A stretch of 64,000 nucleotides of DNA from Syntrophorhabdaceae bacterium (GTDB lineage: Bacteria; Desulfobacterota; Syntrophorhabdia; Syntrophorhabdales; Syntrophorhabdaceae): NCBI GenBank assembly GCA_963665295.1, contig OY762209.1:4608001-4672000 (forward strand), given 5' to 3'. Positions 45,999 through 55,776 of the stretch are shown piece after piece (position 1 is the stretch's first letter; the number at the start of each line of letters is the position of its first letter). The position numbers were made by a program, and so were the translations under genes. A model generated the notes under the pieces. That model saw only the letters and a list, made by a program, of their open reading frames with translations. It had not been told where the DNA came from and did not search any database.

Positions 45999-46582
45999 TG
46001 AGTTGCCCGCTGACAGGTCTGATAGGCGCCATAGACGAAGCGGGACGGGCGCCTCTCGCCGGTCCGGTAGTATCCTCGTGCGTAATATGGAAGGGTATGC
46101 CGGAAAGCAGGAGAAATGTAAAGGATTCAAAGTTACTGAGTGAGAAGCAAAGACTTGACCTGTTTCCATGGATCGCGGAGCATGCCTATGCCATCGGCGT
46201 AGGCATAGCCACCCATGAAGAAATCGACAGAATCAATATCCTGAGGGCCAGCCTCCTTTCCATGGACAGGGCTCTGCAAAATACGGGCATCAGGCCCGAT
46301 TTACTCCTCATCGACGGCACCATGGGCATCAGCAGTTTCCCTGCTTCCAGGCCTGTGGTACGAGGTGACCGGAAGTGTTTTTTCATTGCAAGCGCTTCCA
46401 TCATCGCAAAGGTGGTGAGGGATTCCATCATGGCTGTCTATCATCACCTCTATCCCCAGTACAATTTCGGACAGCATAAAGGATACCCTACCCGGCAGCA
46501 CAAGCTGGCTATCGGGGAATACGGTGTTCTTCCCATTCACAGAAAGACGTTCCGGGGTGTGAAGGAATACTGTGCCGACTAA
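45998..46582 (+). CDS. rnhB: Ribonuclease HII
   Basis: DEAGR.PLAGPV, DSK.L, EIDRINI, ASIIAKV.RD, HKGYPT, HRKTF. Confidence 0.93.
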   Translation: MSCPLTGLIGAIDEAGRAPLAGPVVSSCVIWKGMPESRRNVKDSKLLSEKQRLDLFPWIAEHAYAIGVGIATHEEIDRINILRASLLSMDRALQNTGIRPDLLLIDGTMGISSFPASRPVVRGDRKCFFIASASIIAKVVRDSIMAVYHHLYPQYNFGQHKGYPTRQHKLAIGEYGVLPIHRKTFRGVKEYCAD

Positions 46583-46931
46583 GAAGGAAGAGGGAAAAGA
46601 GGGCGAGGACAAGGCCGCAAAGACGCTCAAACACGCAGGCTACAAAATACTGGAGCGAAATTACAGGAACCTCTTCGGCGAGATCGATATCATCGCCGAA
46701 GAAGCCGGTTATCTGGTATTCGTGGAGGTAAAAAAAAGAAACTCCTCGAGATTCGGAGACTCCCTTCTTGCTGTCGACGCACGAAAACAGCAACACATTA
46801 TACGGTCGGCCATGTTTTACCTGAAGGACCATAAATGTTTTGACCGGAAGATACGCTTCGACGTGGTAGGTATAGACAGGGAGCAGGTAAAGGTGATAAA
46901 ACACGCATTCATGGCGGAGCACGATGGCTGA
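46572..46931 (+). CDS. yraN: YraN family endonuclease-like protein
   Basis: GE..A, ILERNYR, GEIDII, FVEVK, RFDVV. Confidence 0.9.
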   Translation: MPTKKEEGKEGEDKAAKTLKHAGYKILERNYRNLFGEIDIIAEEAGYLVFVEVKKRNSSRFGDSLLAVDARKQQHIIRSAMFYLKDHKCFDRKIRFDVVGIDREQVKVIKHAFMAEHDG

Positions 46932-46988
46932 AGAACGACCCGCTCTTACGGTGCGAGGAACACCGGGTTCTTTTGAAGGGGCTTACTT

Positions 46989-47732
46989 ATGATGGAAAAG
47001 AAGATTATGGAACTCCTCGGCAAGGTCAGGGAAGGGACGCTTCCCGTCCGGGACGCGTACGATACCCTCAAATGCATGCCCTTCGAAGACCTGGAACATA
47101 CAAAGATCGATTACCACAGGACTATCAGGAAGGGCCTCCAGGAGGTAATATTCGGGGAAGGGAAACAACCGGACCAGATCCTTGATATAATCCGCGCCAT
47201 GAGGGAAAAAGAGATGGACGTTCTCGTCACCCGCGTGGACAGCAAGGTGGGGAAAAAGGTCCGCGACCGGTTCCCCGAAGGAACATATAATGCTGATGCC
47301 CGTTGTTTCTTTATAAAAAAGGACGATACCATCAGAGGAAAAGGGACGGTCCTCGTGGTGTCTGCGGGCACGAGCGATTCGAAGGTCGCCGAAGAAGCCT
47401 ACGTCACTTCCACATTCTTCGGCAACACGACTGAAAGGTTATATGATGTAGGTATCGCGGGCATACACAGGCTTTTCGGCAACTTCGAGACCCTGAAAGA
47501 TGCGCGGGTAATCATAGTGGCGGCAGGCATGGAGGGGGCGCTGCCCTCAGTGGTGGCAGGCATGGTCGGCGTTCCTGTCATAGGCGTTCCCACCAGCATA
47601 GGCTACGGCGCGAGTTTCGGCGGTCTTACCGCCCTTCTCGCCATGCTCAACTCGTGTTCCACGGTATCCGTATTCAATATCGACAACGGCTTCGGAGCCG
47701 CTTATTTCGCGACACTGATAAACAGACTATGA
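46989..47732 (+). CDS. larB: Nickel-pincer cofactor biosynthesis protein LarB
   Basis: EVIFGEGK, AGTSD, DVGIAGIHRL, AGMEGALPSV, PTSIGYG, NIDNGFGA. Confidence 0.9.
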   Translation: MMEKKIMELLGKVREGTLPVRDAYDTLKCMPFEDLEHTKIDYHRTIRKGLQEVIFGEGKQPDQILDIIRAMREKEMDVLVTRVDSKVGKKVRDRFPEGTYNADARCFFIKKDDTIRGKGTVLVVSAGTSDSKVAEEAYVTSTFFGNTTERLYDVGIAGIHRLFGNFETLKDARVIIVAAGMEGALPSVVAGMVGVPVIGVPTSIGYGASFGGLTALLAMLNSCSTVSVFNIDNGFGAAYFATLINRL

Positions 47733-48916
47733 AAATCCTTTATCTCGACCCCATCCTTGGAATCAGCGGGGATATGACCGTCAGCGCCCTTATCGACGCG
47801 GGTCTGCCCTTCAAAGAAGTCGGCAGCCTCCTCGCAAAGCTTCCCCTGCCCCTGCCCGAAATACGGCCCCTCAAGACGCGGCAGGGCATCATCGAGGGCA
47901 CCCACCTCGACATCGCCCACTCGGACGTCCATCTCTCCCCCGCGGACATGGCAGGGCTTATAAGGGACCTGGATGAAGCGGACAGGATAAAGGACGACGC
48001 CCTGAGCATGCTCGACATCATTCTCGAAGCGGAATCGAAGGTTCACGGGGTCCCCAAAGACCAAGCCCACTTTCATGAACTTTCCCATGTCGATACGCTC
48101 ATCGATATCCTCTCCGTGGCGAAAGGCATCCATTATCTCGAAATCGACGAAGTATACTCCGGCCCCATCCCCCACGGAAGGGGCACGATCAAGACGGCCC
48201 ACGGCATTATTCCTAACCCGCCGCCCGCGACGGTGGAGATACTGAAGGGGTATAAGGCCGTCTTCCTCGACCTACCCATAGAACTGACCACGCCCACCGG
48301 GGCCGCCATCGTAAGACACTACGTGAAGGATCACGGCAGAACGCCTTCCATGACGATCCGGAAAACGGGATACGGCCTTGGATCATATAAGACCGACAAA
48401 CCCGACGCCCTGAGGGTCTTCATCGGGGATACGGCAGCCACGTCAAGCGACGAGGAAGTATGGATCATAGAGGTTGACCTCGACGACATGGAAATGGAAT
48501 ACATCGGCTCCTGCGCCGAGAAGATGAAGGCCGAAGGGGCCCTCGATGTCCTCTATTTTCCTGTATATATGAAGAAGGGACGGATAGGGATAAGACTCTC
48601 CCTGTCGGTGCCGGAAGACCGCCTGACCCATCTCGTGAATGTCGTCTTTCTTGAGACCACCACCTTCGGGATGAGGCTCAGGAGAGAAGAGAGGCGGGTG
48701 CTCAGACGGGCCGAGGAGGTCCACGATACAGCCTATGGCCCGGTAAGGGTCAAATATGGCTTCCATCCCAACGGAGACCTCCTGAAGACCCACATCGAGT
48801 TCGAAGACGTCAGAAGGATCGCCGAGGAAAAGAACATCCCCTTCAGGGTTGTACTGGAAGACCTCAAGAAGGGACTCCGTGTGCCCTCAACCACCGGACG
48901 CCCCGATCGATCATAG
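47729..48916 (+). CDS. larC: Nickel-pincer cofactor biosynthesis protein LarC
   Basis: GISGDM, VHG..HFHE, AHG..P.P.PAT, TPTGAA, MKKGR, ETTTFG.R, EFED. Confidence 0.9.
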   Translation: MKILYLDPILGISGDMTVSALIDAGLPFKEVGSLLAKLPLPLPEIRPLKTRQGIIEGTHLDIAHSDVHLSPADMAGLIRDLDEADRIKDDALSMLDIILEAESKVHGVPKDQAHFHELSHVDTLIDILSVAKGIHYLEIDEVYSGPIPHGRGTIKTAHGIIPNPPPATVEILKGYKAVFLDLPIELTTPTGAAIVRHYVKDHGRTPSMTIRKTGYGLGSYKTDKPDALRVFIGDTAATSSDEEVWIIEVDLDDMEMEYIGSCAEKMKAEGALDVLYFPVYMKKGRIGIRLSLSVPEDRLTHLVNVVFLETTTFGMRLRREERRVLRRAEEVHDTAYGPVRVKYGFHPNGDLLKTHIEFEDVRRIAEEKNIPFRVVLEDLKKGLRVPSTTGRPDRS

Positions 48917-49630
48917 ACTCCCCTGTTTCACCCCTTTCACGAATGCGGCGAAGGCATCCACGCCCGCTTCAAGGGCCTCCACCGCCCTGGTGCCTATGAT
49001 GGCCCCGTCCGCTGCCGTGTACGCCAGTTCCACGTCCTTCCGCTCCTTGATGCCGAAGCCGATATAGACACGAGCCCCTTTTCCGCGGGCAACCGCGATC
49101 TTCCCAACCGTCTCTTCATCAAGGGTAAAATCACCGCCCGTAGTGCCCCTTTTGGAGACGAAATAGATAAAGTCGTCCGCCCCTTCCAGCGCAAGGTCTA
49201 TGTCTTCGGCACGGCTTTCAGGCGTCAGGAACCTCACGAGGGTAATGCCCCTCTTTCTGAAACCTTCTTCGAAAAGGCCTATCTCACGCAACGGCACGTC
49301 CGCGAGAATGACTCCCAGTCCTGGGCCTATGCGCTCCGCGAATCTGTCGATACCCACACCATGGACGACATTCGCATAGGTCATTACATAGACCCTGCCT
49401 TTGAATATGCCCCTCGCCTCGTGCAGGCTTTCCGTAAAATCGTTGAGATTATTTGTCTTCAGGGTCTCATAGGAGGCCCGTTCCAGCACGTCGCCGTCTG
49501 CCACGGGGTCCGAAAAAGGGAAACCCACCTCGAGGAAATCGACTCCAAGACTCTCACATACCCTGACTGCCCCGATAAAACTATCCTTTGAAGGGAAATT
49601 TGCGAGCAAATATATGCCGAGCTTACCCAT
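48911..49630 (-). CDS. trpA: Tryptophan synthase alpha chain
   Basis: [34 protein letters not shown]. Confidence 0.92.
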   Translation of the reverse strand: MGKLGIYLLANFPSKDSFIGAVRVCESLGVDFLEVGFPFSDPVADGDVLERASYETLKTNNLNDFTESLHEARGIFKGRVYVMTYANVVHGVGIDRFAERIGPGLGVILADVPLREIGLFEEGFRKRGITLVRFLTPESRAEDIDLALEGADDFIYFVSKRGTTGGDFTLDEETVGKIAVARGKGARVYIGFGIKERKDVELAYTAADGAIIGTRAVEALEAGVDAFAAFVKGVKQGSL

Positions 49631-50792
49631 GATACACACCTCCTTCCTTTACTATCTCCATATCCTTGTCTCCTCTCCCGGAAAGGTTCACAATGACCGT
49701 CTTTCCCTCGAACAGGCTCGCATGGGTGATAAGGTAGCCGAGAGCGTGGGAACTTTCCAGGGCGGGAAGGATCCCTTCCAGCCTGGAGAGCAATCCGAAA
49801 GCGTGGAGCGCCTCCTTGTCAAAGCAGATATCATACTTCACCCTCTCCTTGTCTTTCAGAAAACTGTGCTCCGCGCCGACGCCCGGGTAATCGAGACCGG
49901 CGGCTATGGAATGGGCGTCTGCCACCTGCCCGAACTCGTCCTGGAGGAGGTAGCTCATGGCGCCGTGGAGTATGCCCGGCCTTCCCTGTGTCAGCGTCGC
50001 CGAGTGATGGCCCAACTCCAGGGAAGTGCCGCCCGCTTCAACGCCGATGAGGTCCACGGTCCTGTCCTTTACAAATCCCCTGAAGATGCCCATGGCGTTG
50101 CTTCCCCCTCCCACGCACGCGATCACGCAGTCGGGCAGTCTCCCTGTCTTCTTCCGTATCTGACTGCGGGCTTCCCTGCCTATCACCGACTGAAAGTCGC
50201 CCACCATGACGGGAAAGGGGTGGGGTCCCATAACGCTCCCAATGAGGTAGTGGGTAGTCTTTACGTTCTTCACCCAGTCCCGGAAGGCCTCGTTTATGGC
50301 GCTCTTCAGGGTGGCGCTCCCTTTCTCCACAGGCACCACCGACGCGCCCAGCATCTTCATCCTCTCCACGTTCACGGCCTGACGCTCCACGTCGGTTTTG
50401 CCCATATAGACCACACATTCCATGTCGAGAAGGGCGGCGACCGTGGCAGTGGCCACCCCGTGCTGGCCCGCTCCCGTTTCAGCGATGATCCTTTTTTTTC
50501 CCATGAATTTCGCAAGCATGATCTGACCGAGGGTGTTGTTTATCTTGTGGGCCCCCGTGTGGAGAAGGTCCTCCCGTTTAAGATAGACCGTGACCTCGAG
50601 GTGTCTGCTCAGCCGCTCCGCGAGGTAAAGCGGCGTAGGCCTTCCCGCGTAATCCGCGAGAAGTCCGCTCAATTCCTTCCCATATTCCTTGTTCTTCCGA
50701 AACTCCCCGTATGCCCTTTCAAGTTCGTCGAGGGCCGGCATCAGTGTTTCAGGCACGAACTGCCCTCCATAATTCCCAAAATATCTCTTCAT
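49623..50792 (-). CDS. trpB: Tryptophan synthase beta chain
   Basis: [45 protein letters not shown]. Confidence 0.97.
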   Translation of the reverse strand: MKRYFGNYGGQFVPETLMPALDELERAYGEFRKNKEYGKELSGLLADYAGRPTPLYLAERLSRHLEVTVYLKREDLLHTGAHKINNTLGQIMLAKFMGKKRIIAETGAGQHGVATATVAALLDMECVVYMGKTDVERQAVNVERMKMLGASVVPVEKGSATLKSAINEAFRDWVKNVKTTHYLIGSVMGPHPFPVMVGDFQSVIGREARSQIRKKTGRLPDCVIACVGGGSNAMGIFRGFVKDRTVDLIGVEAGGTSLELGHHSATLTQGRPGILHGAMSYLLQDEFGQVADAHSIAAGLDYPGVGAEHSFLKDKERVKYDICFDKEALHAFGLLSRLEGILPALESSHALGYLITHASLFEGKTVIVNLSGRGDKDMEIVKEGGVYHG

Positions 50793-51367
50793 AGCTCTAA
50801 ACTCCTCACCCTTTTTACAAGGTTCTTCATTTTCGTTCTATCCTTCTTCCCTGGATATTCCTCAATGGAACTGACGAGGTCAATGCCGTAAGGGTCAAGT
50901 CCCAGCACGGAAGGGATGATTTCCTCACTTACTCCGCCTGCCACGAAGGCCCTTCCCAGCGCATGGTGCCCCCTGATCATTTCAAGGTCAAACCGGGTAC
51001 CCGAGCCCCCGATGCGGTCCGTGTAACTGTCAAAAAGCACGAGGCCGCCCGTATCGACGTCAGGCATCCGATCCTTCACCCGGCAGACCGATATCCTTTC
51101 CGGGAACGACATGGGGCGGTAAACCTGGGCAAGGTCCAGGTGGCAGAAGTCCACTGTCTCCTGTATTTCATCCTCGGTTTCCTCCACGAAGACACCTACC
51201 GTCTTTACTGTGCCGTCGAGCTTTTCCGTGATCTCCCGTACCAACTCGCGGCCCACGTACCTTTTGCTCGATCTGAAAAAGACAAAACCCACAAACTCGA
51301 CACCAAGATCGATCGCCGCGAGGCAGTCGTCGAGGTTCGTCATGCCACAGAACTTCAGTCTAACCAT
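50789..51367 (-). CDS. trpF: Phosphoribosylanthranilate isomerase
   Basis: KFCGMT, GFVF..S.R, VGVFV, GGSG..FD, D..S.IE..PGKKD. Confidence 0.9.
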   Translation of the reverse strand: MVRLKFCGMTNLDDCLAAIDLGVEFVGFVFFRSSKRYVGRELVREITEKLDGTVKTVGVFVEETEDEIQETVDFCHLDLAQVYRPMSFPERISVCRVKDRMPDVDTGGLVLFDSYTDRIGGSGTRFDLEMIRGHHALGRAFVAGGVSEEIIPSVLGLDPYGIDLVSSIEEYPGKKDRTKMKNLVKRVRSLEL

Positions 51368-52082
51368 GGAGCAACTCCTCGAACGTGCGGTCCAGGTCGC
51401 GGGACTTCATCAGGGTTTCGCCGATAAGAAAGGCGTTGGCCTCCTTGAACCTTTTCATGTCCTCCCTTGTCCTGACCCCGCTTTCCGCGATACGCACCGG
51501 CGCATCGACGGCGACCAGAATCTCCGCCGCCAGGTCGAGGTCGATATTCAGGGTATCGAGGTCTCGCGCGTTTACGCCCACCACGGGGGGACGGATACCC
51601 GATATCTCACGAAGCTCCTCCTTCGTGTGAAGCTCCACGAGACAGGCCAGTCCGAAGCTCTGCGCATAGGTGTGGAGGGTTTGGAGCCTTTCCCTTCCCA
51701 GGACCCTCACGATAAGAAGCACCGCGTCAGCGCCTCTCGCATAGGCATGATCTATCTGCGTTTCATGGATAATGAAATCCTTGCACAATACGGGTAGCGG
51801 CGTCTTTCCGGCCACTTCTTCCAGGAACTCGTAGCTCCCACCGAAGTACGTGCGGTCCGTAAGGACGCTTATCGCCTTCGCATACCGTGAATATGCCGCG
51901 ATCCTCCCGTCGTCTATCTCGCCGATGGGGCCCGCCGAGGGAGATTTTCTTTTCAGTTCCCCTATTATGTTAACGGGGTCCTCGAAGGCAAAGGGGACCA
52001 GGGACTTTCGCCGCGCCCCGGGTCTTATCCCCTTCAGGACTTCAACCTCCGCTTTCTTCGTTTCCAGTATTGCCCGAATCAT
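51360..52082 (-). CDS. trpC: Indole-3-glycerol phosphate synthase
   Basis: ELKRKSPS, ISVLTD..YFGG, KDFI, GVNARDL, AESG, LIGETLM. Confidence 0.93.
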   Translation of the reverse strand: MIRAILETKKAEVEVLKGIRPGARRKSLVPFAFEDPVNIIGELKRKSPSAGPIGEIDDGRIAAYSRYAKAISVLTDRTYFGGSYEFLEEVAGKTPLPVLCKDFIIHETQIDHAYARGADAVLLIVRVLGRERLQTLHTYAQSFGLACLVELHTKEELREISGIRPPVVGVNARDLDTLNIDLDLAAEILVAVDAPVRIAESGVRTREDMKRFKEANAFLIGETLMKSRDLDRTFEELLHG

Positions 52083-53065
52083 GCGGCAAGCTCCATCAGT
52101 TTCTCATAGGCCCTTTTGCTTTGAAGCGACTCTTTCGCAAGGATAAATGCCCTTTTCAGGTCTTCCTCAACCCCGCCGAGGACAAGGGCAAAGGCCGCAT
52201 TGATGGCAACGACATTGATCAGATCCTCGTGCTCGCCCTGGAAGACCTCCCTCGCTATCCGCGCATTGATATGCGGCTCGTAGCCTCTGACCGCATCCTT
52301 CGAAGCCGAGATGCCGAAGGTCTTGGGGTCGAATTCGAAGGTCTTTATGGACGGGCCTTTCTTGAGGAGGCACACGGTACGGTCGGATATGCTTATCTCA
52401 TCGAGCCCGTCACGGCTCGCAACGAGCATGGCATTCGGTATCCCCAGTATTTCCACTGCCCCCATGTAGGTGGGGAGGAATTCGGTCCGGAAGACCCCGA
52501 TAAGCTGGTTCTGAGGCCTTGCCGGGTTACAGAGGGGTCCCAGGAGGTTGAATATGGTCCGTCTTTTGATCTTCTGCCTGATGGGGGCCACGGATTTCAT
52601 GACGGGATGAAATTTCTGGGCAAAGAGGAAGGTGAAGTTCTTCTCCTTCAGGGACCGTTCCGCATCCGCCTTTTCCAGGGCTATGGGCACATTCAGCGCC
52701 TCAAGAAAGTCGGCGGAGCCGGATTTGGAACTCGCGGCCCGGTTGCCGTGCTTTGCCACAGGCAGGAAGATGCTGCACACAATCGCCGCTGCAGTGGATA
52801 TGTTGAAACTGCCGCTTCCGTCCCCCCCTGTCCCCACTATGTCGAGCAGGTTAGGATAGTCGTGGTCGAGATGTACTGCCCGGCCGAGGAGCGCTTCGGC
52901 GCAGGCAGCGATCTCCTGCTCTCTCTCCCCCTTTTCTGCGAGTAAAATAAGCATCTCTTCGATGTACCGCTCTTCTTTAAGACCGTCCAGTATTTCCCCG
53001 AAGACCGACCCCGCCTCGGCGAAGGTCAAGTCCTTTCCCCTTTTCAGCTTTTCAAGCCTTTCCAT
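52079..53065 (-). CDS. trpD: Anthranilate phosphoribosyltransferase
   Basis: DIVGTGGDG, FNIST, KHGNR..SSKSGSAD, RTIFNLLGPL.NP, GLDE. Confidence 0.95.
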   Translation of the reverse strand: MERLEKLKRGKDLTFAEAGSVFGEILDGLKEERYIEEMLILLAEKGEREQEIAACAEALLGRAVHLDHDYPNLLDIVGTGGDGSGSFNISTAAAIVCSIFLPVAKHGNRAASSKSGSADFLEALNVPIALEKADAERSLKEKNFTFLFAQKFHPVMKSVAPIRQKIKRRTIFNLLGPLCNPARPQNQLIGVFRTEFLPTYMGAVEILGIPNAMLVASRDGLDEISISDRTVCLLKKGPSIKTFEFDPKTFGISASKDAVRGYEPHINARIAREVFQGEHEDLINVVAINAAFALVLGGVEEDLKRAFILAKESLQSKRAYEKLMELAA

Positions 53066-53621
53066 AACATACCTCCAGGAAGTTTTCTATCATCATGAGC
53101 CCATCCCGGGTCGCATACGATTCGGGATGAAACTGAAATCCGAAGACATTCATGGCCCTGTCTTCTATGGCCATGATCTCGCCGTCGCTCCTCGCGACAG
53201 CACATACGTCAAAATCGTTCCGGTCGATGTCGACCACCAGGGAGTGGTACCTTACCGCGGCGAACTCGTCACCCACCCCTTCGAGCAAAAGACCCCCGCG
53301 CCTTTCTATGGTATCCACCTTCCCGTGCATGATCCTTCGCGCCTTTCTGACCGGATTGCCGGAGGCATAAGCTATGGCCTGCATCCCGAGGCAGATGCCC
53401 AATATGGGGACTTTGCCCTTGAAGAGGCGGATGACGTCGAGCGTAAGGAGGGATGATGCGGGATGGGACGGCCCGGGCGACAGTACTATGCCTTCCACCT
53501 TGCAGGCAACGACCTTATCGATACTCTCCGTGTTCCTGAAGACCTTCACGGGCCGGTACCTGCTCAGGTAGTCATAGATGTTGTACGTAAAAGAATCGTA
53601 GTTATCGATTAACGCTATCAT
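53052..53621 (-). CDS. trpG: Anthranilate synthase glutamine amidotransferase component
   Basis: IDNYDSFTYN, SPGP, GICLG.Q, RYHSL, QFHPES. Confidence 0.93.
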   Translation of the reverse strand: MIALIDNYDSFTYNIYDYLSRYRPVKVFRNTESIDKVVACKVEGIVLSPGPSHPASSLLTLDVIRLFKGKVPILGICLGMQAIAYASGNPVRKARRIMHGKVDTIERRGGLLLEGVGDEFAAVRYHSLVVDIDRNDFDVCAVARSDGEIMAIEDRAMNVFGFQFHPESYATRDGLMMIENFLEVCYGKA

Positions 53622-55035
53622 ATACCCCTCCTGCCCTTGTAAGGGCTCCCAGTTTGTTCACAACTTCCTGGTATTCCTTCTCCGGCCGGCTGTCATAGAC
53701 TATGCCCGCCCCCGCCTGGAGGCGCGCCGATCTTCCGGAAAAATAGCCGGTCCGTATGGTAATGGCCATATCGAGGTTACCGTTGAAACCCACGTACCCC
53801 AGGCAGCCCGCGTAGGGGCCCCTCGAACCTTCCTCCGTTTCATCGATAATTTCGATGGCCCGCGTCTTCGGCGCTCCCGACACGGTGCCTGCGGGAAAAG
53901 TCTTTCTCACTGCGTCGAGAATGGTCACGTCCCGTCTCAACCGGCCCTTTACAAGAGAAACGAGATGCACCACGTGAGAATAAACCTCCGGCGCCATATA
54001 ACTCTCCACCCTGACGCTCCCCGCGGCACAAATACAGGACAGGTCGTTCCGCGCAAGATCGACAAGCATAAGATGCTCCGCCCTTTCCTTCTCGTCCGAG
54101 GAAAGGTCTTCGATGATCTTCCCCACGTCGTCCGATTCCCCCCTCGGTTTCGTGCCCGCAATGGGCTTCAGCATGGCTATCCCGTCGGTTATCCTGATGT
54201 GCACCTCGGGGCTTGAACCCACGATGAAAGTGTCCCCGTCCTTCAGAAAATACATGTAGGGAGAGGGATTGATTCTCCTCAAGTTCCTGTAGAACTCGAA
54301 GGGGTCCAGGTCCTCCACCTGAAGGTAATCGGAAAGGACCACCTGTATGGCTTCCCCTTCCTCGATCATGCCTTTTATTTTGTTTACCTTGTCCATGAAT
54401 TCCTGTTTGGGAATTGTCCTCGAAATCACCGGATTCCCCTGAGTGGAGGCGACCCTCGGGAGCCTTGACAGGTGTTCCCCCATGCCGTTCAACTCCTCCT
54501 CCATGGCCCGGTACAGCTTCTCCGGCGGCACGTCTTTATCGGTCTTCCTTGAAAGGGCGAGATAGGCATTGTTTGTGTAGTTGTCATAGACGAGCCACTT
54601 CTCTACCAGGTAGAACACACCCAGGGTACCGTTCCGTTTTTCGAGGGGCATTCTCAGTATGTCGCACGCTTCGACAAATTCATAGTTGAGGTATCCCACG
54701 TATCCGCCACGGAAATTTCCGAAATCTCCTGTCGCGGGTGCGCACACCCGGGACACGTCCTTTTCCAGATACGAAGCATCCCCCATCAGTTCGTCACCGC
54801 GATACACGCCTTTGTCCGTGAGGGTCACCTTCTCCCCGATGTCAAAGGCAAGGAAGGAGAACCTGCTGTAAGTTTTGTCTCCCCTCGCGCTCTCCAGGAG
54901 AATCGCCCGCGGCAGCCCCATGAGCCTTGCGAGGATGGAAACCGGCGTGTCCATGTCGGCCCCTGTCTCTTTGTACAGGGTGATCCTCTCAACCTGTCCG
55001 GCCAGTTCCATAAACTCTTCAAATGTCGGGTACAT
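53602..55035 (-). CDS. trpE: Anthranilate synthase component I
   Basis: LLES, NPSPYM, SSPE, PIAGT, KERAEHLMLVDLARND, FPAGTVSGAPK, QAGAGIV; GAGGAGG SD. Confidence 0.95.
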   Translation of the reverse strand: MYPTFEEFMELAGQVERITLYKETGADMDTPVSILARLMGLPRAILLESARGDKTYSRFSFLAFDIGEKVTLTDKGVYRGDELMGDASYLEKDVSRVCAPATGDFGNFRGGYVGYLNYEFVEACDILRMPLEKRNGTLGVFYLVEKWLVYDNYTNNAYLALSRKTDKDVPPEKLYRAMEEELNGMGEHLSRLPRVASTQGNPVISRTIPKQEFMDKVNKIKGMIEEGEAIQVVLSDYLQVEDLDPFEFYRNLRRINPSPYMYFLKDGDTFIVGSSPEVHIRITDGIAMLKPIAGTKPRGESDDVGKIIEDLSSDEKERAEHLMLVDLARNDLSCICAAGSVRVESYMAPEVYSHVVHLVSLVKGRLRRDVTILDAVRKTFPAGTVSGAPKTRAIEIIDETEEGSRGPYAGCLGYVGFNGNLDMAITIRTGYFSGRSARLQAGAGIVYDSRPEKEYQEVVNKLGALTRAGGVYDSVNR

Positions 55036-55050
55036 CAATTACCTCCTCAG

Positions 55051-55095
55051 AAAATAAAAAAACCGTTTCAGGCCACCCTGGGGCACCTGAAACGG
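55051..55095 (-). terminator. trp leader terminator T2 (next to trpE)
   Basis: Minus strand CCGTTTCAGG-13 nt-CCTGAAACGG followed by TTTTTTTATTTT. Confidence 0.85.
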
Positions 55096-55099
55096 CATG

Positions 55100-55157
55100 A
55101 AATAAAAAGGCCGTTTAAGCCTCCGGGGTATTGCTACCCCAAAGAGCCCAAACGGCC
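55100..55157 (-). terminator. trp leader terminator T1
   Basis: Minus strand GGCCGTTTGGGC..GGGGTA-GCAA-TACCCC..GCTTAAACGGCC followed by TTTTTATTT. Confidence 0.8.
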
Positions 55158-55176
55158 ACACTCTGCAGGATAGCTG

Positions 55177-55236
55177 TTAGCTACCCCACCACCAATTGTT
55201 CAGCTTGGATACTAATATAACCTGGGACTGATTCAT
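55177..55236 (-). CDS. trpL: trp operon leader peptide MNQSQVILVSKLNNWWWGS
   Basis: 19-codon ORF with three tandem TGG codons directly upstream of the attenuator hairpins and trpE; absent from the ORF track. Confidence 0.9.
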   Translation of the reverse strand: MNQSQVILVSKLNNWWWGS

Positions 55237-55242
55237 GAGCTA

Positions 55243-55272
55243 ATTGTATCAGGGCCCGCATGGTCCTGTCAA
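55243..55272 (-). promoter_or_regulatory. sigma70 promoter of the trp operon
   Basis: Minus strand TTGACA-18 nt-TACAAT, ending 6 nt before the trpL ATG. Confidence 0.75.
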
Positions 55273-55403
55273 CTTCTTTCTTTCTGCCGGCCATGAGGGC
55301 CGGCCGAGGATTCATATGTCCATGAGAGTCCGCAGCAGCTACGAAACGGCGCCGTTGACATCCGTTTCCAGTTCGGCGACATCCGTTTTGCACAACATCC
55401 CCC

Positions 55404-55432
55404 TTGTCTTTCAGACTGTTATGGTCTACAAT
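55404..55432 (+). promoter_or_regulatory. sigma70 promoter of the TM1266-like/hydG pair
   Basis: TTGTCT-17 nt-TACAAT. Confidence 0.55.
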
Positions 55433-55506
55433 ATAGTTAGACTGAGAAACAGATTTTATCTCTTTCGAAGTGTCTATTTTATATTCTGATCTAAAGGAGC
55501 CGTCCG

Positions 55507-55776
55507 ATAGAAAAGAGACTGGGTGCCATCGTAATCCTGATATCAAGCAAGGCAAGCGTCCCGAAGATCAACTCGTTGCTTTCCGATTACTCGGAGCTCA
55601 TCCTGGGGCGACAGGGCATTCCCTTGCGGGAAAAAGGGATCAACGTCATCTCTGTCGTTGTAGAGGGGAACACGGATCAGATTAACGCCCTCACGGGGAA
55701 AATAGGCAAGCTCGAAGGCGCGGAGGTAAAGTCTATTCTCACGAAATACAAGGAGAATAGCAATGACAGAGAATAA
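55507..55776 (+). CDS. TM1266-family ACT-like protein associated with [FeFe]-hydrogenase maturation; probable ATA start
   Basis: (M)EKRLGAIVILI..INSLLSDYSELILGRQGIP..INALTGKIGKL..VKS; AAGGAG SD; overlaps the hydG start. Confidence 0.8.
   Translation: MEKRLGAIVILISSKASVPKINSLLSDYSELILGRQGIPLREKGINVISVVVEGNTDQINALTGKIGKLEGAEVKSILTKYKENSNDRE

Noticed and set aside
38460..46930. Lower GC in ribosomal/ffh genes as a sign of horizontal transfer
   Set aside because: Core genes in conserved order; composition is explained by Lys-rich, highly expressed proteins.
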